Assembly: GCA_965248755.1 (NCBI GenBank) | Contig: OZ252149.1 | Coordinates: 3,488,001-3,552,000 of the forward strand | Direction: 5' to 3' | Length of the DNA: 64,000 nucleotides | Source: Candidatus Latescibacterota bacterium | GTDB lineage: Bacteria > Latescibacterota > CBDEFO01 | Shown: positions 28,275 through 39,708 of the stretch, piece by piece | How positions within the stretch are numbered: position 1 is the first letter of the stretch | How the letters are laid out: each line of letters opens with the position of its first letter | Notes under the pieces: model-generated | What the model was told of the DNA's origin: nothing | Databases searched by the model: none | What the model saw: only the letters and a program-made list of their open reading frames with translations | Program-made: the position numbers and the translations under genes

Positions 28275-29141
28275 TCAGGCGTCGTGGGGACGAGCCATTT
28301 GAGTCATAGCTGCGAAGGTCTCTTTGCTTGACCTTTGGGCATCCAACAGGTCGTTGTCGGAAACGGTCAGATAATTGCTGACCTCCCTCTGGCCCCGAAT
28401 ATACGGTTCGGCGTACGCAGCATGACCCCACCAGCCGGCATACCCCGCGAAACTCTCGATTCTCTTGCGGGCCAACTCTGGGGTGTGACCCTGGGTCTCA
28501 TAATGAGCCTCTGCCTTTATGCGATTAGCCACTTGATCTGAGATGTCTACGATCAGGTCGATCTCGTTGTGCCCAAATTCAACACCAATGTAGTAAATCT
28601 GAGCCACCCGATGCGGCTCCTTTTTGCGTTGCGGATCCGGTTGGGAGACGGCTTGCATTGTCTGATGGACGATCTGGCCAGCCGCGGCGTGGTCGTTATT
28701 CCAGAGACTTATGTGGCCCCGTTCGGGAGGATTATAAGGTGCATGGGTGATCACAATATGGGGCCGAATGTCGTAAAAGATATCGGCCAGCCAGCGATAC
28801 AGTTCCTTCGTGGCGTCAATGGGATGATCGGCAAAGGGCAATATGCGCACGTCGGTGATGCCGAACACGCCGCATACCTCGGTCATCTCCTTCTGTTTGG
28901 CTTCAGCCTGCTCTGCGCGGGTCCTCAGCAGGATCTCCTGTCGTCGTTCGCCGGGCGGCTTGCGAAGCTCGTCAGCCAGTTCTTCATCGTGGGTGGTGAC
29001 GCCGTCGGTCAGGGAGACAGCAGTTAGGGTATCGCCCCGCTCAATGTGATGAGCAGAGGTCCCAAGTGTGTAGGTAATATCATGTGGATGCGCGACAACA
29101 GAGAGCAATCGCAGCTTGTCGGGTACGCTCGGTGGACTCAT
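28275..29141 (-). CDS. PIG-L/LmbE family deacetylase
   Basis: VVAHPHD, LTDG, RPHIVITH, NDH, HYETQ, YAEPY. Confidence 0.85.
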   Translation of the reverse strand: MSPPSVPDKLRLLSVVAHPHDITYTLGTSAHHIERGDTLTAVSLTDGVTTHDEELADELRKPPGERRQEILLRTRAEQAEAKQKEMTEVCGVFGITDVRILPFADHPIDATKELYRWLADIFYDIRPHIVITHAPYNPPERGHISLWNNDHAAAGQIVHQTMQAVSQPDPQRKKEPHRVAQIYYIGVEFGHNEIDLIVDISDQVANRIKAEAHYETQGHTPELARKRIESFAGYAGWWGHAAYAEPYIRGQREVSNYLTVSDNDLLDAQRSSKETFAAMTQMARPHDA

Positions 29142-29169
29142 TTGATTGTTCTCCTTGTGAAAAGAAATC

Positions 29170-29953
29170 TCAACTGCGGACCATATCCATGAACTCAAAC
29201 GCCGCCTTACGGATGATATCCAGCTCGCTCGGCAGAAAGAAGATCTGGGCTCCGCGTGCGCGCCCGCGCACGTAAGGAAGCGCGGTCCGACGCACTGCCT
29301 GCCACCGCGATCCCACGCGACATGGCTATCTTGGACACGTTGTCGACCGCAGCCGCTATCTCGGGGTGATCGAGCTGCCCCGGGACACCCCAGTCTACCG
29401 TCAGATCCACCGCACCAAATACAATCCCGTCAACCCATCCTGTGGACATCGTGGCTTCAGCGTTCTGGATGCCCTTTGCAGACTCAATCTTTAATATGAT
29501 CATTGTCGCGTCGTTTGCCTGCTCGCAATATCGGGCCACGTCAGGGATCCGAAAGTCGCTGTTTGGTCCGAAGGAAACCGCTCTCTCGCCCACGGGGGGA
29601 TACTTCATCCAGCCGGCAAGCTGCTCGACCTGCTCGGGAGTCTCGGCGTGAGGCAGCATGATGGCCAGAGCCCCAGCGTCCAGAATTCGGGAGATGAAGT
29701 ACCTCTCGTTCGTCGGCGCGCTTACCATCACGGCGAGCCCATTGTCGTTGGCTGTCACGATAAAATCGGTGAGCGTCTTCTCATTGTGCAGTTCGTGCTC
29801 TGCTTCCACAGCTATCATGTGGAAGCCAGCGTGGGCCGATATTTTTGCCACAACCGGCCGGGTCAGCTCCCAGACCTGAAACACAAATACAGGTTTGTCT
29901 TCCTTCAGTTGCTGCTTTGCTGTGTTGGTAATATATGCCTCGTCTGAGGGCAT
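29170..29953 (-). CDS. HpcH/HpaI aldolase family protein, apparent frameshift near 29275
   Basis: VEAEH, RILDAGA..IMLPH, KYPP.GER, KIES..G, FGAVDL; the natural-looking C-terminus RGAQIFFLPSELDII...VRS* is in another frame. Confidence 0.82.
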
Positions 29954-30049
29954 TTTCGGAGTCTCCTGTTCAGTTAAGCCAGTGGTTTTGATGGATGTTA
30001 TTAGCAGAGGGAAAGGTTTATGTGAACTTTCTCAGAGTTTGAACGAGCA

Positions 30050-30215
30050 ATTGGTAGCAAGAGCGTTCAGTTATCTGACATCTGCTGAGTTTGAAGCTGC
30101 ATATGAAAGAACTCATTAAGGCTCGATCCCCGATTGAACCCACAATTGAATCTATTGGGGGTCGGGGATCGAGCCTGGTGAAATAGCCTGAAAATGTGTC
30201 TAATTTTGGATTGCA
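30050..30215 (+). mobile_element. IS3-family right-end remnant interrupted by a nested CCCCGA palindrome
   Basis: SYLTSAEFEAAY* resembles the IS3 transposase C-terminal GY.TP.EFE motif; ends TGTCTAATTTTGGATTGCA. Confidence 0.45.
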
Positions 30216-30606
30216 ATAAATGGATGTTGCGATTCTCGTGTATGTGACTCAGAAAATATATAGTGTATTTCTTTCTAAGTCAACGAAAAAGGAATGGAAT
30301 CGTCTCAGACAGATCCTCTAAACTCGCGACACTTAAAAGTACTACCTTCATCGCACCGTATGTTATTCGATCGCCCAACTAATGAAGGGGCGTAAAGGGA
30401 TAACCGCACTAGACTAAGCTGTACCAAGGCGGATTGTTCGATGACGGGGAAATTGTTCTTGACTTTCTGGGGCTGCATCCATACAATTATGGGGAAACTG
30501 GGGGCTGCAGTTCGGAACCGGGGCTCTTAGATGGCATACCGCTCCCTTTGACAGAGCGGCAAGATCTACAATCAATAATGGGACCTACGAACAGGCTGAG
30601 GAAATT

Positions 30607-30957
30607 GTGCAAATAACCCGTCTCTATACCGGTCAAGATGAACATTCGCATTTTGAAGATATCGAAATCTCTCTGGAAGATGCTGGACAGATCGGTAAGC
30701 TGTCGAAACGCTATCCGGCAACAGGAGTTATCTTCCGTGAAAATGACGCAGACTACGACTACGACTGGCACAACGCGCCCCAAAGACAGTATATCATTAT
30801 GTTGGATGGCGAAGTTGAGATAGAGGTCGGCGACGGTACCAAACGCCGCTTCCGAGGCGGAGATACCCTGCTGGCTGAAGACACGACCGGATACGGACAC
30901 AGATCGCGTATTGTAAACAATCAACCCCGTAGGTCGATCTTTGTGACACTGGAGTGA
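30607..30957 (+). CDS. Cupin-domain protein
   Basis: WHNAPQRQYII.LDG.VEIEV.DG..RRF..GD.LL.EDTTG.GH. Confidence 0.88.
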   Translation: MQITRLYTGQDEHSHFEDIEISLEDAGQIGKLSKRYPATGVIFRENDADYDYDWHNAPQRQYIIMLDGEVEIEVGDGTKRRFRGGDTLLAEDTTGYGHRSRIVNNQPRRSIFVTLE

Positions 30958-31359
30958 TAAGAACCAAGCATGGAACAAGAGGTAGTCGTATGGCTACGGG
31001 GGGTGATGGGATTCACTATGTTCGGGCACTTGCAGGTGATTTGCGGGAAAATGTCGTTTTCTATGAGGAGGGTTGCGATTGGTAAAGAAGACCGTCAACT
31101 TCGACGATCCCTACACCTAACATCTCTGCTGCGGCAACGATTGGTGGGACCGGGCACCATCATTACGTTCTTTCCCTGTAGATCTCAAGGGCGGCGGGTG
31201 CATCGTGGAAGGGTACAGCTTACGGGGACCGCCTTTTCCATGCCTGAAAGCGCGATGGGGTTTGGACAAAAGGATTAAGAGAGCACCACATCCAGGTTAA
31301 GGGACCATTTACCCATTTCGTCGAAAGAATCGTTGTGTTCCATTATCCCACAATTCCTA

Positions 31360-31388
31360 TTGACATGCAACAGTTCTCGTTGTATCTT
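31360..31388 (+). promoter_or_regulatory. Sigma70-type promoter
   Basis: TTGACA-17 nt-TATCTT. Confidence 0.6.
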
Positions 31389-31527
31389 TACTGTCGAATA
31401 TTCAGCTTGAAACTTTTTTGCACTAAAGCAAGTCATAAGCATAAAGCTACCCTTAGCCTGCGGTTGAGGAAGCGATACAGATGTAGCTGGGTTTTAGGTT
31501 TGATCAACTAAGAAAAGGAGGTAGGCG

Positions 31528-34254
31528 ATGAGAGATCTTAGAACTATACGTTGTGCTTGCGAAGCGGTTCTTATGATGAGTTTGGTACTTTTGCTATTTC
31601 CTTTTCGTGTTTGGGGTCAGCAGGGATATTCCATCGTGGGCGGCAACAAGGTCGTCATAGATTTGAAAGAGCAATGGTCTGCCTGGAAGTTCGCTGCAAA
31701 GACGATCCAGGTCACCGATGAGGGGGTAAGACCTGGGTTCATGCGCAAGAGCACAGAAATAGAGATAGATGGCCAGATGGTGAGGGTTCCCGGCATAGAC
31801 GCTGTCGCAAATGCATCTGAGTTTGAAGAAGTTGACTTCAAATTGGAATTGGACGCAGGTTCTAACCTATCAATAGTCTCTGACCTTATGGATACTAACA
31901 TGACCACCTACTGGGAGCCCGACATGGATGCACCTATAGAGGACTGGTGGGTGGTCATAGATCTGGGGCGGCTTATATCTGTCACCAAGATCGTTCTCAG
32001 GTTCGTAGGGGAGGATCTTGGTGATCCATTTTTGCAGTTTAAGGTCCAAACGTCTCAGGGGGAGGAGCAGGCTCTTGATCGTACGAAGCGTAAATGGAGA
32101 AAGATCTTCAGTACGGATGGGCCTAACCTGGATGAGAGGGTCTTTGAGGTGGATATGACTCTTCTGACGCCCGCTGATTATCCAGATATACTCGGGGATT
32201 TCACGGGTGATGTTATCAGATATGTGAGCGTGCAAATAACAGATAGCAGATACGGTAAGGGGCGTCGGGTCAACGAATCTCGATATGAGAGTCTGGAGCC
32301 TGACGAACGTGGAGATATAGAGTACTTCAGACGAGAGTCAACAGGCAGGTTGAGATTGGTGGAAGGCTTACAGTATTGGGAGGCTATAGAGGATGAGAGC
32401 AAACGAGGGCCTGTAGTCCACTACCGTCGGGAGTTTCCGAGGTTGGCGAGGGTGGAGGTGTGGTCAATTGGCGACAACATCGGTTTGGGCATATTAAAAC
32501 GCGGCGGCACTTTAGAGAGCACTGAAGTCCCAAATGAAAAGCACTTATTTGATGGTAAGATCAAACCGGAGTTCAACACGAAGGGTTATACTGCAGACTC
32601 GCCGGAAGGTGAGCAAATTCAGCGCGAGGTACTTGTAGAACTTGGAGGCACCTTCTTTTTAGATAACATTCGGATGATTACGGATTTAGGTGGGAGAGGG
32701 CGCGGTCAGGGCACGCTTAAAGAAGGTTACGCAATGAGGCTGTCGGACGGTTCCAGGACTCCTGACGGGAGCTTAGCCTGGAAGCTTGTGGCGGAGGCGA
32801 TTGCCAGCGTACCAGAGGAGTTTGGTCAAACAAAATATCACGACCACAAATTCGAGGCTTTCAAAGCTAAATTCTTCTCCCTTATCTGGGATGTGGAGGT
32901 AGGGGGAGGACGTGCCGGAATAAAGGAGATTCAATTATTCGGAGAGGGCTATTTGCCGGAGGCCCAGATCGTATCTATCTTTGAAGGGAGATCCCCCTTC
33001 ATTGAGCTGCCGGGGGTAAAGAATCTGACGTCGTTAGAGTGGGATGCAGATACGCCGGAAGGCACAGATGTTATCATCCAGACAAAGACTGGTGATACGG
33101 TCAAGAAGGTAATACACTACTACACGAAGACAGGCAAAGAATTGTTCCCGGAGGACGAGGAAAAAGCAAAAGTAAAATATGAGGCGTGCTGCCTTAAAGG
33201 GTTTTTTAAGGGGAGTACAAAGGAGGTGACACTCGCAGGAAGTGATTGGAGCGGCTGGAGTGAGCCCTATGTGCGTTCGGGGGACAGGTTCAGATCTCCC
33301 AGTCCCAGAAAATACGTTATGATACAAGCTAGCTTTCTGACGGACGATCCTTTTCGATTTGCTACTTTGCATTCAGTGAGGCTTAATTTCTTGAAAGGCG
33401 ACCCTGTTGCCACATCTGTGATTGGAGAGGTAACACCTTCCCGTCTGGATTCGATAGGCATTAAGCAGGAACTGTCTTTTTTCATTCGTCCAACCTTTGA
33501 TAATAGTAGCAAAGGGTTGAATGAGATCCTTATCGAGGCGCCTTCTGGAGTCAGGATGAACTTTAAGCAGATCAATAAGTGGGAGGATCGAAGCATTGAA
33601 GACATGAGGAAGATAGATGGCCATCTGAGGGAACCTGATGAAATTTATACAGAAGAAAGCGAAGGTTTTGAGGTTTTATCCAGACCTGAGTCCGATTCAC
33701 TGTGGGTTCGGCTGCCGGGTCGTATAAAGCCGACTACGGGTAATGTTCTATTGGAGGTCAAGTTTGAAGCGCAGTTATTTGGATTTAGCACATTTTTCAA
33801 TGGTTTCATAGGCAATTCTTTCGTAGACGACTCTTGGCAGAGGACGGACGATGGTGATGCAAATGGTGTTACAGACAGCGAAAAGACAGTAGTATTAGCC
33901 CTTGAGGGGAATAAGATATTAGGTGATATTGAGGTAGCTCCTGAGATAATTACACCCAATGGAGATGGGATCAACGACAAGACGTCAATAAGCTTTTCGC
34001 TGTTGCGTGTGGCGTTATCAACTCCTGTCCAGGTACAGATATACGATCTTAGCGGGAATATTGTTGTTGAGTTGATGAATGATTCTCTTTCTGTGGGGGC
34101 ATATAAAGAAGACGATGCAGTGATCTGGGATGGCACCGATAGTTCAGGAGGGTTAGTCACTCCTGGTATATATGTTATAAGGATTAATGTTGATACCGAT
34201 TCAGATTCTGCTGAAGATACTTCAGTCAGCCGGTTAGTGCAGGTTGCATATTAA
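31528..34254 (+). CDS. Large secreted protein with discoidin-like regions and a C-terminal FlgD-Ig (TPNGDG) domain
   Basis: Signal peptide; D...TTYW...VVIDLG; ITPNGDGIND, IYDLSG, WDGTD..G..V.PGIY. Confidence 0.85.
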   Translation: MRDLRTIRCACEAVLMMSLVLLLFPFRVWGQQGYSIVGGNKVVIDLKEQWSAWKFAAKTIQVTDEGVRPGFMRKSTEIEIDGQMVRVPGIDAVANASEFEEVDFKLELDAGSNLSIVSDLMDTNMTTYWEPDMDAPIEDWWVVIDLGRLISVTKIVLRFVGEDLGDPFLQFKVQTSQGEEQALDRTKRKWRKIFSTDGPNLDERVFEVDMTLLTPADYPDILGDFTGDVIRYVSVQITDSRYGKGRRVNESRYESLEPDERGDIEYFRRESTGRLRLVEGLQYWEAIEDESKRGPVVHYRREFPRLARVEVWSIGDNIGLGILKRGGTLESTEVPNEKHLFDGKIKPEFNTKGYTADSPEGEQIQREVLVELGGTFFLDNIRMITDLGGRGRGQGTLKEGYAMRLSDGSRTPDGSLAWKLVAEAIASVPEEFGQTKYHDHKFEAFKAKFFSLIWDVEVGGGRAGIKEIQLFGEGYLPEAQIVSIFEGRSPFIELPGVKNLTSLEWDADTPEGTDVIIQTKTGDTVKKVIHYYTKTGKELFPEDEEKAKVKYEACCLKGFFKGSTKEVTLAGSDWSGWSEPYVRSGDRFRSPSPRKYVMIQASFLTDDPFRFATLHSVRLNFLKGDPVATSVIGEVTPSRLDSIGIKQELSFFIRPTFDNSSKGLNEILIEAPSGVRMNFKQINKWEDRSIEDMRKIDGHLREPDEIYTEESEGFEVLSRPESDSLWVRLPGRIKPTTGNVLLEVKFEAQLFGFSTFFNGFIGNSFVDDSWQRTDDGDANGVTDSEKTVVLALEGNKILGDIEVAPEIITPNGDGINDKTSISFSLLRVALSTPVQVQIYDLSGNIVVELMNDSLSVGAYKEDDAVIWDGTDSSGGLVTPGIYVIRINVDTDSDSAEDTSVSRLVQVAY

Positions 34255-34483
34255 GGAAGTAGCCCCCGATAGATTCATTCGCGGGGTGGGCACCTCGTGC
34301 ACTGCTGCCACGCCTTTTTGATGGGGGACGAAGTGCCAGCAAACCGCGAAGCGGCGAAGTGGGCGAAGCAATCTGACTTAGGTTGCCTCTCCCTGTGTGT
34401 TGGCTACTATTTAGGATCCCTATAAACTTGTGCCTACTGTTTTGACGCGATACTTGGCTTTTACCTGAAGGGAGGGAACCCTG

Positions 34484-36691
34484 ATGTCAAACTCCTTTAA
34501 TCACGGGCAGTCAGACCGTTTAATCTCCAATGGGGTGATAAAAATGTCTTGGTGTGCAAGAATGGGTAGTATTTTATGTAAGCTGGCAGGGTTGATTCTG
34601 CTTGCTTTGATGGTCACCGCCATCTTTTTAGATGACGCCACCTGTGCGACTATCTACAGGATCGGAAAGCCCTTTTCGGATGCAGAAAGAACCAGTCTCG
34701 AGGGGATAGGGATTGAGGTCCAGCAGTTCAGCTGGGAAGTTTATGAGTCGGTGAAGAACCTGGATGCGGACTCTCTGAAGGCGGCACATGGCGGTTCAAT
34801 TGAACCCAAGTTTATCAGGGAGGGTGAGAGCATAGCCACAACGGCTCTGGACAGAGGAGGATGGATAGCCGAAGGTACCCAATCCGATGAGAGGCTAAGC
34901 TTCAAAGAGGGATATGAAATCGAAGGCAACGTTGCGAATAACATGATAGATGGGGATCCGACCACGGCTTTTGTGTGGCCTAGGCCGGCGCCCCCGGGTT
35001 GGAAAAGAGACGGCGCAAGATGTCATCATGCGCCTCACCGGATAGTTATTAACTTAGGCGGACAATTTGTCGTCGACAAAGTAAGATTCTACCCTCGTGA
35101 AGGAATATCCCCTGATGGTGAGGAATATAAGACTCGCTTCATAGAGGACTACCAATTGGGTACCAGTCAAGGCCGCAGGCCGCAGGATTTCTTCGAGACC
35201 TACTTGTGTCGAGGATCAGCTTTCATCCCGAGCTTCCGACAGTTTGGCAAGTACACTCACCCACCCGATCCTGACCAAACTGGAAATCCATCTGCCGTCA
35301 GGGAAGGCCATGAGGATGTTGAAAATATATTTACTGAAGTTATAATACCGCTTGATACTCCGGAGAAAATCTCTTATGTCGCGTTGTTGATCTGGCTCCC
35401 AATTGTGAAGACGATAGAGATCGCCGAGTTTGAGGTCTTTGGCCCGGAGAGCTTTATAGAAGAAGCCGCTTATATAGCTGACGTAATTGAGTTGGACGAC
35501 ATCGCCAGTTTCGGCGAGCTCACCTGGTCAGGGAGTCGTGATCCCAGGGCGGAGGCCAATATCCGAACCAGGAGCGGGACAGATCCTCAGCCGATTGTTT
35601 ACTGGATACTCAAAGGTCAGCTGCGAACGCAGGTAGTTTTGCCTTCGACCAATGAGGAAGGAGAAGAGCTCAGCTTAGAGGAGTACAGAAGTGCTTTCTA
35701 CAAACTCCCGGAAAATGTTTGGGCTGACTCGACTTACGATACGGAAAACTGGAGCTTCTGGTCTGCTCCTTACAAGTTTGAAAGTCCGGGAGCACCTATC
35801 GTCTCTCCTGGTCCCCGCAAATTCCTTCAGATCGGCGTGGATTTTGCCTCCGAAGTTAACGATGGCAGCCGGATCGAGTATTTACAGTTTAAGGCCTCTG
35901 TGCCTCCTGCGGCTCGAGAGATAGTAGGTGAGATCTTCCCTACAGAAGTCGAGATAGGGAAGGTAACACACAAGTTCAGCTATTTTGTCAAGGCAACGAT
36001 GACAGCTGTGGATAAAGGATTCGACACCTTGGAGATCACCACACCTTATGGGGTTAGTTCGGTCGATTCGCTAAGTGTAGATGGAATCAATCAGGACGGT
36101 TTCACCTGGGTGAAAAAGGCCGACGATTCTGGCTTTGAGGTCACATTACCCAGGAAGTTGGATACAGGAGACAGCGGAGTCATAGTTGAAGTGGTCTTCC
36201 AAGCTCCTGTTTTGAGGGAGCGCGGGACCTTTTTTGACGGCAGTGTGTTCGACAGCGCACAGCCTCACGAAGTTCATCAGAGGATCAAGCCTGGCAACGT
36301 TGCAGATGAGATCGAAAGCGATGTCCTTACGGTGATAACGTCTTTGGCCGAATCGATATTGTCCTCACCAGAGGTCTCTCCAAATCCCTTTACACCCAAT
36401 GGCGACGGTGTCAATGATGTACTGAACCTATCTTATACCATTTTGAGGCTGACGGCCCCTGTTCCTGTCTCAATCGATATATACGATCTTTCCGGTGCCT
36501 TCATAAAGAAAGTCTACTCTGGAAACGACAAAGTAGGGGTGTATTCAAAGGAGAATTCCAAGTCCCGGATTTGGGATGGAACAGACAGTGAGGATAATCT
36601 TGTTCCACCGGGGATATATGTCTATCGCATATCGGTAGAGGCTCAGGAAGAGGAGGAGACTAAGACCGGGACTGTATCTGTTGTCTATTAG
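34484..36691 (+). CDS. Second secreted FlgD-Ig (TPNGDG) domain protein (start probably 34544-34562)
   Basis: Signal peptide; MIDGDPTT, INLGG, WSFWSAPY...SPGPRKF, FTPNGDGVND, WDGTD...VPPGIY. Confidence 0.85.
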   Translation: MSNSFNHGQSDRLISNGVIKMSWCARMGSILCKLAGLILLALMVTAIFLDDATCATIYRIGKPFSDAERTSLEGIGIEVQQFSWEVYESVKNLDADSLKAAHGGSIEPKFIREGESIATTALDRGGWIAEGTQSDERLSFKEGYEIEGNVANNMIDGDPTTAFVWPRPAPPGWKRDGARCHHAPHRIVINLGGQFVVDKVRFYPREGISPDGEEYKTRFIEDYQLGTSQGRRPQDFFETYLCRGSAFIPSFRQFGKYTHPPDPDQTGNPSAVREGHEDVENIFTEVIIPLDTPEKISYVALLIWLPIVKTIEIAEFEVFGPESFIEEAAYIADVIELDDIASFGELTWSGSRDPRAEANIRTRSGTDPQPIVYWILKGQLRTQVVLPSTNEEGEELSLEEYRSAFYKLPENVWADSTYDTENWSFWSAPYKFESPGAPIVSPGPRKFLQIGVDFASEVNDGSRIEYLQFKASVPPAAREIVGEIFPTEVEIGKVTHKFSYFVKATMTAVDKGFDTLEITTPYGVSSVDSLSVDGINQDGFTWVKKADDSGFEVTLPRKLDTGDSGVIVEVVFQAPVLRERGTFFDGSVFDSAQPHEVHQRIKPGNVADEIESDVLTVITSLAESILSSPEVSPNPFTPNGDGVNDVLNLSYTILRLTAPVPVSIDIYDLSGAFIKKVYSGNDKVGVYSKENSKSRIWDGTDSEDNLVPPGIYVYRISVEAQEEEETKTGTVSVVY

Positions 36692-37394
36692 TTAGATTAT
36701 TACCGAAATCAAGTGAAAGTTCCACCTTCGAAGTGATCAGAAATTCAGTTATTCGGAAGAGCAACGACATTAGCTTGCTCCCCTCTTTTGTTCCTCACCT
36801 CTTGGCACAAACAACTGGAAGTCCCAACCCTGGCGCTGTACCTGTGCTAAATTCGCTACGCTTCGCAGGCAGGTGAGCTTAGTTGTTATGTGCCTCACTA
36901 CCGATAATGCCCCGTAATGTAGTCCCACTATTAGTGAACCCTCTACATTTTCAAGCCAATGATAATGTAAGCATCCAAGTATCATGTCAAAACAGTCTGG
37001 AGAGGAATCCAGAAGATTCAAGGACACATGCTGAGATTCATGAATGTACTGCATATCCTTGCAATGTGACAGGGACACATGCACTATAAAATTAGCAATG
37101 AAGAAGCAGTTTGATTCAAAGTGAAAAAGCAAGGTGTAAGCTGGAATGTGCCCAGATTTCGAAAAGATCAAGAAATAGAGAATTTCGAGAAACTCGTTCT
37201 GACCTGAAGGAGAAAATGTGCTGAAATCATTACCAGTTGTTTTTCGGTGTTGGTAGCACAAGCTGCCAAATTTTAATTATTGCTGTTTGTAAAAAGAAAC
37301 TGGAACCCTTGGATTGTGTCACAGGGAGAAATTCACACTGTTTCTGGCATCCCTCGTCAACGAATGAAAATGCAATGAATCCCCGGAGGACACG

Positions 37395-38312
37395 ATGGCA
37401 ATGCGTTATCCACAGGCTATTCTGGTAAGCTGCGAAATTCCCTGGAACGAAAGGGAGGAGCTGCTGGAAGAGATCTTCCGCCAGGAAGTGAGGGCCACGC
37501 TGGCACGGGGTTTCAACCATCTGTACATCTTTGGCACGGCCGGCGAAGGCTACGCTATCACCCTGACTCAGTTCCAGCAGATCGTAAGTATATTTCGCGA
37601 AGAGACGGACAGAGAGGGCGTCTTTCCCATGGTCGGGGTGATCGGCATGTCCACTGTGCAGGTGGTGGAGCGCGTTGGCTTCGCCTACGCTCAGGGCTTC
37701 CGCACCTTTCAGATCGCTCTGCCTCCCTGGGGTGAACTCGACGACGAGGAGTGCCTGGTCTATTTTCAGGACATATGTGGTGCCTTCCCTGATGCCCGTT
37801 TCATCCACTACAATTTGCCGCGAGCCCGGCGCCTGCTTCTGGGGACGGACTACCGGCGTCTGGCAGACGCCGTGCCTAACCTGGCCGGCACCAAGAACTG
37901 CCGTTCGGACATCGGCGACATCGCCGGTATAGCTACCCAGGCGCCGGAACTGCAGCACTTTTATGGGGAAGTAGGCTTTCCCATTGGCTGTCTCTACGGA
38001 GAGTGCTCCCTGCTCAGTTCGTACGGCGCTCTATTCCCTGCCAAGACCAACGAGTTCTTCCAGTACGGCGTGAACAAACAGTGGGAGAGGTTGTTTCCCC
38101 TGATGGCCGAGTACATACAGGTGATGCTGGCATTCGACGAACCGACTCGGGGGCGTGAGGCCATCGATGGGGCATACGACAAGATGGTCGTGCGCGGCAG
38201 TGGCATCGACATGCCGCTGCGCCTGCTCTCCCCGTACCAGTGCTTTGATAAGGAGGTATACGAGGCCGTTATCCAGAGTGTGAAAGAACGCTTTCCAGGC
38301 TGGCTACGGTAG
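37395..38312 (+). CDS. Dihydrodipicolinate synthase / N-acetylneuraminate lyase family aldolase
   Basis: FGTAGEG, HYNLP, PNLAGTK (Schiff-base Lys). Confidence 0.85.
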   Translation: MAMRYPQAILVSCEIPWNEREELLEEIFRQEVRATLARGFNHLYIFGTAGEGYAITLTQFQQIVSIFREETDREGVFPMVGVIGMSTVQVVERVGFAYAQGFRTFQIALPPWGELDDEECLVYFQDICGAFPDARFIHYNLPRARRLLLGTDYRRLADAVPNLAGTKNCRSDIGDIAGIATQAPELQHFYGEVGFPIGCLYGECSLLSSYGALFPAKTNEFFQYGVNKQWERLFPLMAEYIQVMLAFDEPTRGREAIDGAYDKMVVRGSGIDMPLRLLSPYQCFDKEVYEAVIQSVKERFPGWLR

Positions 38313-38619
38313 CTGCTTACGGCTATCCTGAATAAGAGGGTCTGGAGTGTTAATGTGAGCTGAACGGCTAGTGACAGGCGACCTCCTGATGCTCTACACA
38401 ACTTTACTGACGATCATCACTTGTGGCCACTGTAAACTTATTCGCACCTCAAGTAGCTTCTGGTAGTCAGCTCTTGTAAAGCCCTCTCACATGAAGGATT
38501 AATTATTGCGGTAGCTGATAATGAAATCGTCGGTTTCGCCCATGTCACTGTCTTGTGAGGTTTGGCCTGAGCAATCGCAGACCAACATGAGGAGACACAA
38601 CTCGATGTCGAGAGCATCT

Positions 38620-39070
38620 TCACCGGTCGTCCAATTCGACCACTTTTATTAGGTACGAGGAGATCGATAGCTTTGTGTGTGGCCTGGCGGAGGCGTACCC
38701 CACCCTGTGCCGACTGGGGTCGATCGGCAGGTTCCTGGAGCGCAGGGAGATCCACCTGCTGACCCTGACCGACTTCAGAACAGCCAGCGATGAGGAGCGT
38801 CCCCATATGTGATACACGGTGGTAGCCACTCACAAGAGCCTGCCCTCTGCCCACGCGCCGCTCTACACGGCAGAGAGGCTCCTGGACGACCACGATCGTG
38901 ACGGATTGCTCACCCGGGATGTCTTCTTAATCGTCCCGCGGCTATGTTCCCACGGCTTCCAGTTCTATGTGGTAACCTCGGCCCACAGGCGCCAGCAGGA
39001 CGGACTTTGCCGACCGCGAGGTAAATACGATTTACCCTGAGGACATGGACAGCGACGGATTGATCCTGAG
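38620..39070 (+). pseudogene. M14 metallocarboxypeptidase N-terminal fragment, frameshifted
   Basis: RYEEI...LAEAYPTLCRLGSIGR..RREIHLLTLTD / YVIHGG.HSQEP / VFLIVPRL / NTIYPEDMDSDGLI spread over different frames. Confidence 0.65.
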
Positions 39071-39074
39071 CATC

Positions 39075-39617
39075 CCGCAGAGACTTGGCAAGGCGTGATG
39101 GCATTGCTTTTACGGCAATACTGCCGCCAAATATCTGTGGACCCGGAAAAGTTCCTCTGGAAGGCCGAGGAGGACGCGATATCGCTGTGCACAGAGCATA
39201 TATGCGAGGAGAGCCGGTTTATCTGGCGGAAGGGTGTTATCTTGATCGGACCATGCGATGCTTCTGACGTAGCTCAGGGCTTTTACCTTGTTGTTTGTAA
39301 CCCAGATGCATCAGCGGACGAGATTTTTAATGTGGGGTCGGCCGATGCGCTGACGGCAAAAAGATTTGCTGACGGCAAAAAGATTTATTGAGATCTACGG
39401 CGAAATCTACCAGACAAGTATCCCGATTGAATCGGTGACATAGGAGGAGTTCCTGACGCAGAACCTACCGGGTGCAGGAGCCAATTATCGTTATCGGGAG
39501 GACATGGCACCTGATGTGTCAAAGATTCGAGCGAAATTAGGATACGAGCCTGAATATAGTCCTGAAATCTCGATGGAACGCGCGGCCTTGTGGATGCGCA
39601 GAGAGATGCAACTCTAA
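39075..39617 (+). pseudogene. NAD-dependent epimerase/dehydratase C-terminal fragment, frameshifted
   Basis: TAILPPNICGPG, DASDVAQGF, EIFNVGS, LGYEPEYS. Confidence 0.65.
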
Positions 39618-39708
39618 CTCCAACGGATGGGGATGCTTCGGCTGTCCGATAAGAGTATAGAGGCAAAACGCTGGCCGAAGTATCCGCATATTGAGCGAGG
39701 GTGAAAAG

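Noticed and set aside
34284..34372. HDV-like ribozyme (GC-ACCTCGT-GC loop and GGCGAA)
   Set aside because: P1, P1.1 and P2 pairings could not be assembled in the required order, and the loop CC is not conserved in the second copy
36720..37300. CDS 36770..37261
   Set aside because: Apart from a possible transposase-like tail near 36770-36860 it is AT-rich decayed sequence that I cannot assign
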